A stretch of 64,000 nt of DNA from an uncultured Clostridia bacterium (GTDB lineage Bacteria > Bacillota > Clostridia > TANB77 > CAG-508). The notes below the pieces were generated by a model that saw nothing but the letters and a program-made list of their open reading frames with translations, was not told the DNA's origin and made no database searches. This document shows, piece after piece, positions 1 through 9,896 of the stretch. How positions within the stretch are numbered: the first letter of the stretch is position 1; each line of letters starts with the position of its first letter. The stretch covers positions 23,789 through 87,788 of the forward strand of contig CANRNC010000005.1 of NCBI GenBank assembly GCA_947631915.1. The letters are read 5' to 3'. A program made the position numbers and the translations under genes.

Positions 1-22
1 AATTAAAAAAATAGGTGACAAA

Positions 23-952
23 ATGGAGATTTTACGATATTTTCCTTCAAGGATAAGAGAAAAAATAGGTAATAAAATGGGACAAGAGTACGACGAATTA
101 GAGGAAATAAGAATAAGAGTAAATTGTCCCATAATTTTACTATTTAATAACAGAGAAGAAATAATACAATATAAGATTACTAACGAAGATACAAGAGAGA
201 TTTTACAATATGTATGTGAAAATTCAGTTTATGCTTATCAGAATGAAATTAACCATGGATATATTACTATAAAAGGAGGACATAGAGTTGGAATCACAGG
301 AAATTGCGTAATTGAAAATGATAAAGTGATAAACATTTCATATATATATAGTTTGAATTTTAGAATAGCTAAACAAAGAATTGGAGCAGGAAATGAAGTT
401 ATAAAACATATAATTGATATCGATAATAATGATATATTTACAACGTTAATAGTTTCACCACCAGGCGCAGGAAAAACAACAGTATTAAGAGATTTAATAA
501 GGCAACTTAGTTATGGAATTGATTATATAAATTTTAAAGGTAAAACAGTAGGTGTTGCTGATGAAAGAGGAGAAATTGCTGCAATGTACAAAGGAATTCC
601 TCAAAATGATGTTGGAATTAGAACAGATATTTTAGACAACGTACCAAAATGGATAGGGATGGAAATGTTAATAAGATCTATGGCTCCTCAAATAATAGTA
701 GCAGATGAAATAGGAAATTTAGAAGATATTAATGCCATTAATTATGCTACCTCATGTGGAGTAAAAGGAATATTTACAGCACACGGAGAAAGTATGGAAG
801 ATATAAATATGAATTTATATTTAAAGAAACTAATTGATTTAAACATATTTGAGCTAATAATTTTTCTAGACAAAGCTAAAAAAGGAAGAGTAAAAAATAT
901 ATATTATTTAGATAAGTTTGAAAAGGATAGTTCTAAAAAGTACAAGCAATGA
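23..952 (+). CDS. spoIIIAA: Stage III sporulation protein AA (SpoIIIAA ATPase)
   Basis: 309 aa; Walker A motif SPPGAGKTT; first gene of a co-linear spoIIIAA-AH series; RBS AGGTGA upstream. Confidence 0.9.
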   Translation: MEILRYFPSRIREKIGNKMGQEYDELEEIRIRVNCPIILLFNNREEIIQYKITNEDTREILQYVCENSVYAYQNEINHGYITIKGGHRVGITGNCVIENDKVINISYIYSLNFRIAKQRIGAGNEVIKHIIDIDNNDIFTTLIVSPPGAGKTTVLRDLIRQLSYGIDYINFKGKTVGVADERGEIAAMYKGIPQNDVGIRTDILDNVPKWIGMEMLIRSMAPQIIVADEIGNLEDINAINYATSCGVKGIFTAHGESMEDINMNLYLKKLIDLNIFELIIFLDKAKKGRVKNIYYLDKFEKDSSKKYKQ

Positions 953-982
953 ATATAATATTTTTAGAAAGGGGAAATCTAT

Positions 983-1493
983 ATGGTAATTATAAAAGGC
1001 ATTATATTATGCTTAATATTTGGTAGCTCGACTTTTATAGGAATAATGATTTCTAATAAATATAGAAATAGAACCATTCAACTTTATGAAGTAAAGAAGG
1101 CATTAAATTTTTTCCAAGCAAAAATAGAATATACTTATGAACCTTTGGCAGATATATTTATAGAAATATCTAATAATGTAAAACGAGAGATTGGTAGTAT
1201 TTTCAAAATAGCAGCGGTAAAAATGAATGATATTTCTGCAAAAGATGCATGGGAGTATTCTTTAGACATATCACAGACAAATTTAAATAATAAAGATTTA
1301 GATATAATAAAAGATTTTCGGAAAAATATTAGGACAAACCGACTTACAAGGGCAACTGGGTAAAGTAAAATTAACATTGGGTTTTTTGGAAAATCAAATT
1401 CAGGAATCACAAGCAGAAGAGAATAAAAATAAGAAATTATATAAGACTTTAGGAGTACTGACAGGAGTGGGACTAGTAATAATTCTAATATAA
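983..1493 (+). pseudogene. spoIIIAB: Stage III sporulation protein AB, interrupted by +1 frameshift in T4 run at 1315-1318
   Basis: ORF 983-1363 ends prematurely (…RKNIRTNRLTRATG*); frame +1 continues FGKILGQTDLQGQLGKV…LGVLTGVGLVIILI* to 1493, the typical SpoIIIAB C-terminus; removing one T restores ~170 aa protein. Confidence 0.7.
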
Positions 1494-1510
1494 AATTGGA
1501 GGATGTTTAA

Positions 1511-1705
1511 ATGAGCATTGATTTGTTATTCAAAATTGCTGCAATAGGAATTCTAGTTGCGGTATTACATCAAGTATTAGTAAGAGCAGGAAGAGAAGAT
1601 CAAGCTATGATGACTACTTTGGCAGGACTAGTTATTGTATTAAGTATTGTAATAAAAGAAATAAGTACATTATTTGATAGTGTTAGGACATTATTTAATT
1701 TATAA
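1511..1705 (+). CDS. spoIIIAC: Stage III sporulation protein AC
   Basis: 64 aa small two-TM protein in operon position 3. Confidence 0.85.
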   Translation: MSIDLLFKIAAIGILVAVLHQVLVRAGREDQAMMTTLAGLVIVLSIVIKEISTLFDSVRTLFNL

Positions 1706-1751
1706 CAATTCATAAAAACTGATTTGTGCCTTGTAAAGGAATGAGAGTAAA

Positions 1752-2138
1752 ATGGATATTATTAAGATTATTGGAATTGGGTTGATATCGGTAATTATAG
1801 TCATTATTTTAAAACAATATAAACCTGAATTTACTTTATATGTATCGATTTGTGCAGGAGCTATTATTCTAGGACTTGTCATGACAAGATTGAGTGGAAT
1901 AATACAACTATTAACAGAATTATCAAACAAAGTTAGTGATACCAATGGATTCTTAACAGTATTGATTAAAATTACAGGAATAGCTTTTTTAACTGAATTT
2001 GCAGTTAGTATATGCAAAGATTCAGGAGAAAGTGCTATTGCTTCAAAAGTAGATTTGGGTGGAAAAGTAATAATTATATCTATGTCAATACCTATAATAT
2101 CAGCATTGCTTGAAACTATTGTTCATGTTTTACCATAA
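1752..2138 (+). CDS. spoIIIAD: Stage III sporulation protein AD
   Basis: 128 aa polytopic membrane protein in operon position 4. Confidence 0.85.
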   Translation: MDIIKIIGIGLISVIIVIILKQYKPEFTLYVSICAGAIILGLVMTRLSGIIQLLTELSNKVSDTNGFLTVLIKITGIAFLTEFAVSICKDSGESAIASKVDLGGKVIIISMSIPIISALLETIVHVLP

Positions 2139-2149
2139 AGGAGAAATAA

Positions 2150-3280
2150 ATGAAGCTAAAAAGAATTTTGTTAATAATGGCAATTTTAATATTTATAATT
2201 CCATATAACTCTTTAGCAAGTGAGGACATTTTAGAATCTACTCAAGAAATATTAGATATTTCATCCTTTATATCTGAAGCACAAAAATATACGGAAGATA
2301 TTTTTGATGATATGAATTTTTCAGAAGTTCTAAATTCTGCAATGAGTGGTGAACTAAATGGAACAAGCATTGCCAAAAGACTATTTGATCTTTTAGGGAT
2401 AGAACTAAAAGCTCAAATCACGATGGTAGGAAGTATAATTATAATCATAGTTGTACATAGTATTTTAAAAAGTATAAGTGATGGATTAGATAATGGTGGG
2501 ATAAGTCAAATTACATATTTTGTTCAATATATACTAATTGTGACTTTAATAATGACAAACTTTTCAGGAATAATTTCTAGTATAAAAAATACTATTCAGG
2601 ATTTAGTGGGATTTTCATATTCTTTAGTTCCATTATTATTGGCATTAATAATGATAACAGGAAATATAGTTACTGCAAGTGCAGTACAACCAATTTTACT
2701 AATAATGATTACTTTTATAGGAAATTTTATTTCAACATTCTTATTACCAATGGTACTTATTGGGACATCTTTAGGAATAATATCAAAGATTTCTGATAAA
2801 GTTCAAATAGATAAACTTGCAAAAACATTCAAATCTAGCGTGGTATGGATATTAGGAATAGCATTAACAATATTTACCGGAGTACTGTCTTTAGAAAGTA
2901 GTTTAACAGGACATGTTGATGGAATTACTACCAAAACAACAAAAGCTATTGTTTCAAGTGCGGTTCCAGTAGTTGGAAAAATTTTAAGTGATACAACAGA
3001 AGTTGTATTAGGAAGTGGAGTAATATTAAAGAATGCAGTAGGAATAATAGGAGTTATTGTGATAATAGGAATATGTGCAATGCCAATAATTAGATTAGCT
3101 GTTCTTACACTATTATATCATGTACTGTCAGCTGTATCTCAACCAATAGCAGACAAAAAAATAATAGATATTATAGAACAAATGAGGGATACATTTAAAG
3201 TATTATTGGCAATGGTATGTTCGATTTCAGTTATGTTAATAATTGGCGTAACAATAGTAATTAAAATTTCTAGTATTTAG
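2150..3280 (+). CDS. spoIIIAE: Stage III sporulation protein AE
   Basis: 376 aa, signal peptide plus multiple TM helices, operon position 5. Confidence 0.85.
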   Translation: MKLKRILLIMAILIFIIPYNSLASEDILESTQEILDISSFISEAQKYTEDIFDDMNFSEVLNSAMSGELNGTSIAKRLFDLLGIELKAQITMVGSIIIIIVVHSILKSISDGLDNGGISQITYFVQYILIVTLIMTNFSGIISSIKNTIQDLVGFSYSLVPLLLALIMITGNIVTASAVQPILLIMITFIGNFISTFLLPMVLIGTSLGIISKISDKVQIDKLAKTFKSSVVWILGIALTIFTGVLSLESSLTGHVDGITTKTTKAIVSSAVPVVGKILSDTTEVVLGSGVILKNAVGIIGVIVIIGICAMPIIRLAVLTLLYHVLSAVSQPIADKKIIDIIEQMRDTFKVLLAMVCSISVMLIIGVTIVIKISSI

Positions 3281-3296
3281 AGAAGGGAGAAATATA

Positions 3297-3911
3297 GTGA
3301 TTACATATATTAGTTCATGGGCACGTCAAGTAATAGTAAGTGTAGTAATTGCAATTATACTGGAAATGATATTATCTCCTGATAGTAAAAGTACAAAATA
3401 TATAAAGACAGTAATAGGGATATACGTTGTATATGCAATTATTGCTCCTGGTTTGAACTTAATTAGTGGAAAAAAGTTAGATTTTTCTAATATTGACTAT
3501 GAAAATTATTTTATAAACAGCGAGATATATCAAGGTTTAGAGAGTAGTGTGGAAAAAATAGAAAATGATAGTTTTGAAGAAACTTACAAATTAAATTTAA
3601 AACAAGATATTGAAAATAAATTAAGAGAAAAAGGCTTTATAGTAAGTAATATAAAAATGAAAGTCGATTTAAGAGAAGATAGTAAACAATATGGAGAAAT
3701 TACAGAAATAGAAATTAGTTTATCAGATAAAGCAGAAAAGAAGGAACAAAAGCAAGAAAACCAAATAATAATCAATAAAGTTACAATAGGTTCGGACAAT
3801 ACATCAAATTCAGAAGGAAAAAGTAAACTAACTGAAAGTGATAAACTTACAATAAGAGAGTTTATAAGCGAAGAATATGGCATAGCGAACCAGAGTATTT
3901 CAATAAAGTAA
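3297..3911 (+). CDS. spoIIIAF: Stage III sporulation protein AF
   Basis: 204 aa, GTG start after RBS AGAAGGGAGA, N-terminal TM, operon position 6. Confidence 0.75.
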   Translation: MITYISSWARQVIVSVVIAIILEMILSPDSKSTKYIKTVIGIYVVYAIIAPGLNLISGKKLDFSNIDYENYFINSEIYQGLESSVEKIENDSFEETYKLNLKQDIENKLREKGFIVSNIKMKVDLREDSKQYGEITEIEISLSDKAEKKEQKQENQIIINKVTIGSDNTSNSEGKSKLTESDKLTIREFISEEYGIANQSISIK

Positions 3912-3924
3912 GGAGGAGAGCTAA

Positions 3925-4542
3925 ATGTTAAAAGAAAAAATGCAAATGATAAAAACAAAATGTCAAGGAAAACCAGATAAAAAAAAGATAGAGAGCTTAA
4001 TTGTATTGATAATAATTTTAATAGTAACATTAATTGCAATAAATACAATTTTTAGTGGAGATTCAAACAAAAAAAATAATAAATCCGAGGAAGAAAGTTT
4101 AAGTTATAAGAAATTAGCAGAATATGTAAGTGATGATAATAGCAATACAGAAGATGAATTAGAAATAAAATTGGAGGAAATATTGTCTAAAATGGAAGGA
4201 GTTGGAAAAGTAAGCGTAATGATTACATATTCAAAAGGAAGCGAAATAGTACCTATGCAAAATGAAAGTTCAAAAACATCATCAACACAAGAAACGGATT
4301 CAGATGGTGGTACCAGAATAGTTGAAGAAAACGATAAGACATCTGAAATAATTTATTCAGGAGGAACAGAGATAGAAACGAAAACTATTATTAATCCGAT
4401 AGTAAGAGGCGCAATAGTAATTGCAGAAGGTGCATCTAATGCTACAGTAAAAAGTAATATAGTGTCAGCTGTAGAGGCTATTACAGGATTAGCTACATAC
4501 AAAGTTCAGGTTTTTGAAATGAATCAAGATGTTCAAAGGTAA
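3925..4542 (+). CDS. spoIIIAG: Stage III sporulation protein AG
   Basis: 205 aa, N-terminal TM anchor then extracytoplasmic ring-forming-like domain, operon position 7. Confidence 0.75.
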   Translation: MLKEKMQMIKTKCQGKPDKKKIESLIVLIIILIVTLIAINTIFSGDSNKKNNKSEEESLSYKKLAEYVSDDNSNTEDELEIKLEEILSKMEGVGKVSVMITYSKGSEIVPMQNESSKTSSTQETDSDGGTRIVEENDKTSEIIYSGGTEIETKTIINPIVRGAIVIAEGASNATVKSNIVSAVEAITGLATYKVQVFEMNQDVQR

Positions 4543-4586
4543 ATATAAAAAATTAAATTAATATATAGAAGGAGGAATATTAGTTT

Positions 4587-5192
4587 ATGAAAATAATTAA
4601 TAAAAATGAATTGACAATTTTAGTTATAGCATTAATGTTAGTAACAGCAGGATATTTAGATTATATCGGTAGAAATAAGTCTCAAGAGGTAAGTGCAGAA
4701 GTTGTAGAAAATCAAGATATTTCGCAAACCGATGATGAGATTGCAAAACTAGGAGATGCAAAACTAGTAAGTGATAATCAAATGGATGAGGAAGTAAAGG
4801 ATGTTTTTAATGAAAATAATGAATCTAAAGAAAGCACAGCAGATACTGATGAGTACTTTGTATCTACGAAATTAGAAAGAACCAATATGTACTCACAAAC
4901 AATAGAAAATTACCAAGCAATAATAGAAAATCCTAATGTATCAGAGGAACAAAAGGCTGTTGCAACTCAAGAAATATCAAGAATTAGTCAAATTCAAAAT
5001 GCAATTATGATATCAGAAAACTTATTATTAGCAAAAGGATTTGATAAATCCATAATATTTGTAAATGATACAAGTATTAGTGTAATAATAGGAAAAGATA
5101 ACTTATCATCGGAAGAAATTGCTCAAATTCAAAATATCGTATCAAGAGAATTAGGAGCAAGTTTAGATAATATACATATTTCTGTAAAATAA
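4587..5192 (+). CDS. spoIIIAH: Stage III sporulation protein AH
   Basis: 201 aa, N-terminal TM, acidic linker, YscJ/FliF-like C-terminal region, operon position 8. Confidence 0.75.
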   Translation: MKIINKNELTILVIALMLVTAGYLDYIGRNKSQEVSAEVVENQDISQTDDEIAKLGDAKLVSDNQMDEEVKDVFNENNESKESTADTDEYFVSTKLERTNMYSQTIENYQAIIENPNVSEEQKAVATQEISRISQIQNAIMISENLLLAKGFDKSIIFVNDTSISVIIGKDNLSSEEIAQIQNIVSRELGASLDNIHISVK

Positions 5193-5320
5193 ATAATTAA
5201 CGAGAATAAATTAGCCAATGAAGAGTAGTATTTTATACGAAAGAAAGAGATGTAAAATCCCTTTCTTTTTTATATTGTATAGTATACAGCAAAATTATGA
5301 AAATAATTCTAAAAAATCAA

Positions 5321-5349
5321 TTGACATTTTCACTATTTTAATAGATAAT
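5321..5349 (+). promoter_or_regulatory. Putative sigma-A promoter for phosphorylase gene (TTGACA-17-GATAAT)
   Basis: TTGACA at 5321-5326, 17 nt spacer, GATAAT at 5344-5349; RBS AAAGGAGG at 5383-5390 precedes ATG 5401. Confidence 0.45.
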
Positions 5350-5400
5350 AAATATATTAGAACAAATGACTTTGAAAAAACAAAGGAGGTACATAATTAT

Positions 5401-8031
5401 ATGTATATGTTTAATAGAATTACAGTTAATCCTCAATTACCTAAAAGGATTAACAGATTAACAGAAATGACATATAATCTTTGGTGGGCATGGAATACGG
5501 ATTTCTTGAGATTATTTAAGGAAATTGATATTGATTTATGGGAACAAATTGGAAAAAATCCAGTTAAATTTTTAAAGAATGTATCCCAAGATAAAATAGA
5601 GCAATATGCTAAGGATGAAAAATTTTTACAAGAGTATGATAAGATTGTAGAAGACTTTGATAATTATATGAATAGTAAATCTACATGGTTCAATAAAAAA
5701 TATCCTGAAAACAAAAATGATTTAATAGCCTATTTTTCAGCTGAATATGGATTAGATCAGATTTTACCAATATATTCTGGAGGACTTGGTATATTATCAG
5801 GAGATCATTTAAAGGCGGCAAGTGATTTAGGACTACCTCTAGTAGGAGTGGGTTTATTATATAAAAATGGATATTTCCATCAAGTAATAAATGCAGAAGG
5901 TAGGCAAGAATCAGTTTATACTGACATAGATTTTGAAAACTTGCCAATACTGCCAGTTAAAGATGAGAGTGGAAATGATTTAATTATTTCGGAAAAAATA
6001 CAAAGAAGAAGAGTATATTTAAAAGTATGGCAGATAAATGTAGGAAGGGTTAAATTATATTTAATGGATTCCGATATTATTGAAAATGCTGATGAAGACT
6101 TAAAAGAAATAACAAAGAGATTATATGGTGGAGACCAAGAAATGAGGATAAAACAAGAGATTGTTTTAGGAATGGCAGGAACTAGATTAATAAAAGAATT
6201 AGGTCTTCAACCAACTGTTTATCATATGAACGAAGGTCATTCAGCTTTTCTATTATTAGAATTAATGAGACAATTAGTTGAAGAAAAGAAAGTTGCATTT
6301 AGAATTGCAAAAGATATTGTTACATCGCAAACTGTTTTTACAACACATACTCCAGTTCCAGCGGGAAACGATATTTTTACTATAGATTTAATGGATAAGT
6401 ATTTTAAAAACTATTGGACCTTATTAGGAATTGATAGAGAACTATTTATGAGACTAGGAGTGGCTCCAGATCAACCAACTGAAAGTGGATTTAATATGGG
6501 AATTTTAGCACTAAAAATAGCTGGTAAGAGAAATGGAGTAAGTAAACTTCATGGAGAAGTATCTAAAGAATTATTTACAGAATGTTGGCCAGATATTGCA
6601 TCAAAAGAATCGCCAATAACATATGTTACAAATGGTATACATACATGCTCATGGCTAGCACCAAGATTAAAAGAATTATACAATCAATATTTAATACCAT
6701 ATTGGCAAGACAAAATACACGAAGAAGATACATGGAAAAATGTTCAAAATATACCAAATTCAGAATTATGGTCTGCACATATGTCAAGAAAAGAAAAACT
6801 ATTAAAATTAGTAAAAGAAAATGTGACTACGAGATTAAGGAGAAATGGTACACCATATGATCAAATAATGGAAATAACTTCAAAGCTTAATCCTAATGCA
6901 TTAACAATAGGATTTGCTAGAAGATTCGCTACATACAAAAGAGCAACATTAATTTTTAGAGATTTAGAAAGAATTACGGAAATTTTAAATAATCAGGATA
7001 GACCTGTACAACTAATTTTTGCAGGAAAAGCACATCCAAGAGATGTTGAGGGTCAAGAACTAATTAGACAAATACATGAAATATCAATGAAACCACAATT
7101 CAAGGGAAAAATATTCCTTTTAGAAGATTATGATATTGAAATGGCGAGATATTTAGTCAGTGGTGTAGATGTCTGGTTAAATAACCCAAGAAGACCAATG
7201 GAGGCATCAGGAACAAGTGGACAGAAAGCATCAGTAAATGGAGTGGTTAATTTTAGTATATTAGATGGCTGGTGGGTAGAAGGCTATAATAAGAAAAATG
7301 GTTGGATAATAGGAACTAATGATGAATATGAATCATATGACATTCAAGATAATGCAGATTGCCAAAGTATTTATAATACTTTAGAGAATAAGATTATACC
7401 AATGTATTATAATAAAGAGGCTGATGAAGAATTTTCTGATGAATGGATACAAATGATGAAGAATTCTATCATATCTACTGGAGGAATGTATAGTACTGCA
7501 AGAATGGTCGCAGAATATACAGAAAGATTATATTTACCTTTGTGTAATCTTCATAATAAATATTATAGAGATTTAGAAAATGTAATAGGCTATAGTGAAT
7601 GGAAAATGAATGCAAGAAATGAATGGAAGAAAATTAAAATAACACAAAGTAATAATGTAAAAGACATTTCAATAGATGCAGGAAACAAGATAAATGTTAG
7701 TTGCAAAGTACAATTACCTAATATAAGTCCTGATACTGTATCAGTAGAAGTATACACGGCTAAAATAATGCCAGATGGCAGTTTTGAAGATATAAATGTT
7801 AGTCCTATGGTAAGAGATATAAAAGAAGAAAATCTATATACTGGAGAAATAGAGCTAAAAACAGGAGGAGACTATGGATATACATTTAGGGTAATGCCAA
7901 AACATCCAATGCTGATGGATTCAGCAAGTCTAAACTTAATTAAATGGCTTGAGGAAGAAGAAAATGAGGAAATTTCAGATGAAGAGCGAAAGGACGTTGA
8001 AAACATTGTTAAGGAATTAAATAATGTATAA
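5401..8031 (+). CDS. glgP: Alpha-glucan (glycogen/maltodextrin) phosphorylase, GT35 family
   Basis: FSAEYGLD…SGGLGILSGDHLKAASDLGLPLVGVGLLY and the PLP-lysine motif EASGTSGQKASVNGV. The ORF-track start at 5218 lies inside the promoter, so the start is taken at ATG 5401. Confidence 0.8.
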   Translation: MYMFNRITVNPQLPKRINRLTEMTYNLWWAWNTDFLRLFKEIDIDLWEQIGKNPVKFLKNVSQDKIEQYAKDEKFLQEYDKIVEDFDNYMNSKSTWFNKKYPENKNDLIAYFSAEYGLDQILPIYSGGLGILSGDHLKAASDLGLPLVGVGLLYKNGYFHQVINAEGRQESVYTDIDFENLPILPVKDESGNDLIISEKIQRRRVYLKVWQINVGRVKLYLMDSDIIENADEDLKEITKRLYGGDQEMRIKQEIVLGMAGTRLIKELGLQPTVYHMNEGHSAFLLLELMRQLVEEKKVAFRIAKDIVTSQTVFTTHTPVPAGNDIFTIDLMDKYFKNYWTLLGIDRELFMRLGVAPDQPTESGFNMGILALKIAGKRNGVSKLHGEVSKELFTECWPDIASKESPITYVTNGIHTCSWLAPRLKELYNQYLIPYWQDKIHEEDTWKNVQNIPNSELWSAHMSRKEKLLKLVKENVTTRLRRNGTPYDQIMEITSKLNPNALTIGFARRFATYKRATLIFRDLERITEILNNQDRPVQLIFAGKAHPRDVEGQELIRQIHEISMKPQFKGKIFLLEDYDIEMARYLVSGVDVWLNNPRRPMEASGTSGQKASVNGVVNFSILDGWWVEGYNKKNGWIIGTNDEYESYDIQDNADCQSIYNTLENKIIPMYYNKEADEEFSDEWIQMMKNSIISTGGMYSTARMVAEYTERLYLPLCNLHNKYYRDLENVIGYSEWKMNARNEWKKIKITQSNNVKDISIDAGNKINVSCKVQLPNISPDTVSVEVYTAKIMPDGSFEDINVSPMVRDIKEENLYTGEIELKTGGDYGYTFRVMPKHPMLMDSASLNLIKWLEEEENEEISDEERKDVENIVKELNNV

Positions 8032-8038
8032 ATTTGTA

Positions 8039-8077
8039 AAAGACACATTTCAAATTTTGAATTAATGTGTCTTTTTC
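8039..8077 (+). terminator. Rho-independent terminator after phosphorylase gene
   Basis: 10-bp stem AAGACACATT/AATGTGTCTT followed by T-run. Confidence 0.55.
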
Positions 8078-8108
8078 ATTACATTTATGTTACATTTAAA
8101 AATTTCCA

Positions 8109-8138
8109 TTGACTATAAAAGTTAATAAATGTTATACT
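8109..8138 (+). promoter_or_regulatory. Putative promoter TTGACT-18-(TGt)TATACT
   Basis: -35 at 8109-8114, extended -10 at 8130-8138. Confidence 0.35.
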
Positions 8139-8225
8139 AGGATAGAATATAGAAATTAATTGTATATTATGTCGAAAAACAAATCTAGAAAAGAATCTAA
8201 TATACAAGGAGGTATGCATTTTAAA

Positions 8226-9878
8226 ATGACACGAGGGAAAAAAAGCGTATTAATAATATTAATTTGTATAATACTAACAATAGAACTAATATCTATACCT
8301 AATAATGTAAAAGCAAGTACATATACGCAAACTACCAAAAACGGAATATCGAATTTTCCAGAAACTTATCAAGCGAAATTAAAAGAACTACAATCATTGC
8401 ATTCTAGCTGGACTTTCACAGCATATTATACAGGAATATCATGGGATGAATTTATTAAACAAGAAACTTCTTTACATTTAAGAAACACGGTAATAAAATC
8501 GTCTAATTCTCTTTGGAAAGATACTTGTAATCAAGTCGCTAGTGGATATGCATGTGCTTCAAGAGCTATTTTACAATATTATTCTGATCCAAGAAATTTT
8601 TTAACAGAATCAGGGATATTTCAATTTTTAGAAATGACATATAATTCAAGTTCACAGACAGAACAAGGTGTTCAAGGAATTATAGCATCAACTTTTATGA
8701 ATAAGAGTATAACATTTAACTTGAATGGGCAAGAAGTTACAATGCCATATTCACAAATAATAATGGAAGCAGCAAGAGAAAGTAAAATGAGTCCATATAG
8801 TATAGCAATAAAGATAAGACAAGAAGTGGGAAATAATGGAAGTAATTCAGTATCTGGATATTATGTCGCAAAAAACGGAACAATATATGAAGGATATTAT
8901 AATTTCTTTAATTATGGAGCATATGATCAGGGAGATGCAATAGCAAACGGACTAGAGTATGCAAAAAATAAAGGATGGACAAACCCATATATAGCTATTG
9001 TAGAAGGAGCAAAGCTAATGGCAAATTCATACACAAATGCAGGGCAAAATACAGCATACTTTTATAAATGGGATGTTGTAGGTAACGAGCCATCACAATT
9101 GTTCAGTCATCAATACATGACAAATATTCAAGATCCATCAAGTCAAGCGAAAAGTTTATTTAATACATACACTACAAATAATTTGTTAACATCACCATTA
9201 AACTTTATAATACCAGTTTTTGAAAATATGCCTAATGTTAACAATTTACCTACTACGATTGATGAGAAGTTATCAACGTCATATTACGTAAATGGTACAG
9301 GCGTGAGATTAAGAGCAACGCCTTCTACTTCAGCTAGTATTCTAGCAACTTTATCTAAAAATGAAGTAGTTACATTATTAGAATGGAATTCAGCAACAGC
9401 TAATGATTTAAAATGGGCAAGGATACAATTATCAAATGGAAATATAGGATATGTAGCAAATAAATACTTACTTCCATGTAATAATAATAACACATCTACA
9501 AAAAATGTTAGAATTGATGGAGAATATCTAATCATTTCTCCAAATAAAACAGTATCGCAAATTGCAAGTGCACTTAATGTAACACAATATTCAGTAACAA
9601 AAAATGATAAGACGCAAGTAGGCACAAATGAAATTATTCAAACAGGATATATATTTACTATGGATAATAAGACATATAAAGTAATTGTTTTAGGAGATGT
9701 CTACACAGATGGAATAATAGATTCAAGAGATTATATGAAAATAAAAAATCATATAATGGCAACAAGTATATTGAATATAGAAGGAATAAAGGCAGCAAAT
9801 ACATATGTAGATGATATAATAGATTCAAGAGATTATATGAAAATAAAAAACCATATAATGGGAACAGAAATATTATAA
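8226..9878 (+). CDS. Secreted cell-wall hydrolase: GH73-like N-acetylglucosaminidase domain, bacterial SH3 domain, C-terminal duplicated dockerin-like repeats
   Basis: Signal peptide MTRGKKSVLIILICIILTIELISIPNNVKA. The central region (…GQNTAYFYKWDV…QYMTNIQDPSSQAKSL) resembles the glucosaminidase YATDP-type motif. The SH3b-like segment is YYVNGTGVRLRATPS…GYVANKYL. There are two 24-aa segments DxxxDGIIDSRDYMKIKNHIM. The ORF-track start at 8160 is probably upstream of the true start. Confidence 0.5.
   Translation: MTRGKKSVLIILICIILTIELISIPNNVKASTYTQTTKNGISNFPETYQAKLKELQSLHSSWTFTAYYTGISWDEFIKQETSLHLRNTVIKSSNSLWKDTCNQVASGYACASRAILQYYSDPRNFLTESGIFQFLEMTYNSSSQTEQGVQGIIASTFMNKSITFNLNGQEVTMPYSQIIMEAARESKMSPYSIAIKIRQEVGNNGSNSVSGYYVAKNGTIYEGYYNFFNYGAYDQGDAIANGLEYAKNKGWTNPYIAIVEGAKLMANSYTNAGQNTAYFYKWDVVGNEPSQLFSHQYMTNIQDPSSQAKSLFNTYTTNNLLTSPLNFIIPVFENMPNVNNLPTTIDEKLSTSYYVNGTGVRLRATPSTSASILATLSKNEVVTLLEWNSATANDLKWARIQLSNGNIGYVANKYLLPCNNNNTSTKNVRIDGEYLIISPNKTVSQIASALNVTQYSVTKNDKTQVGTNEIIQTGYIFTMDNKTYKVIVLGDVYTDGIIDSRDYMKIKNHIMATSILNIEGIKAANTYVDDIIDSRDYMKIKNHIMGTEIL
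9714..9861 (+). repeat. Two 46-bp direct repeats (45/46 identical) encoding the duplicated dockerin-like segments
   Basis: 9714-9759 and 9816-9861: ATAATAGATTCAAGAGATTATATGAAAATAAAAAA(T/C)CATATAATGG. Confidence 0.85.
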
Positions 9879-9896
9879 TATAAGGAGGAAAAACTA

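Noticed and set aside
5218-5400. N-terminal 61-aa extension of the phosphorylase ORF in the ORF track
   Set aside because: The extension runs through a TTGACA-17-GATAAT promoter and precedes a strong RBS (AAAGGAGG) 11 nt before ATG 5401. It is a read-through artefact, not coding.
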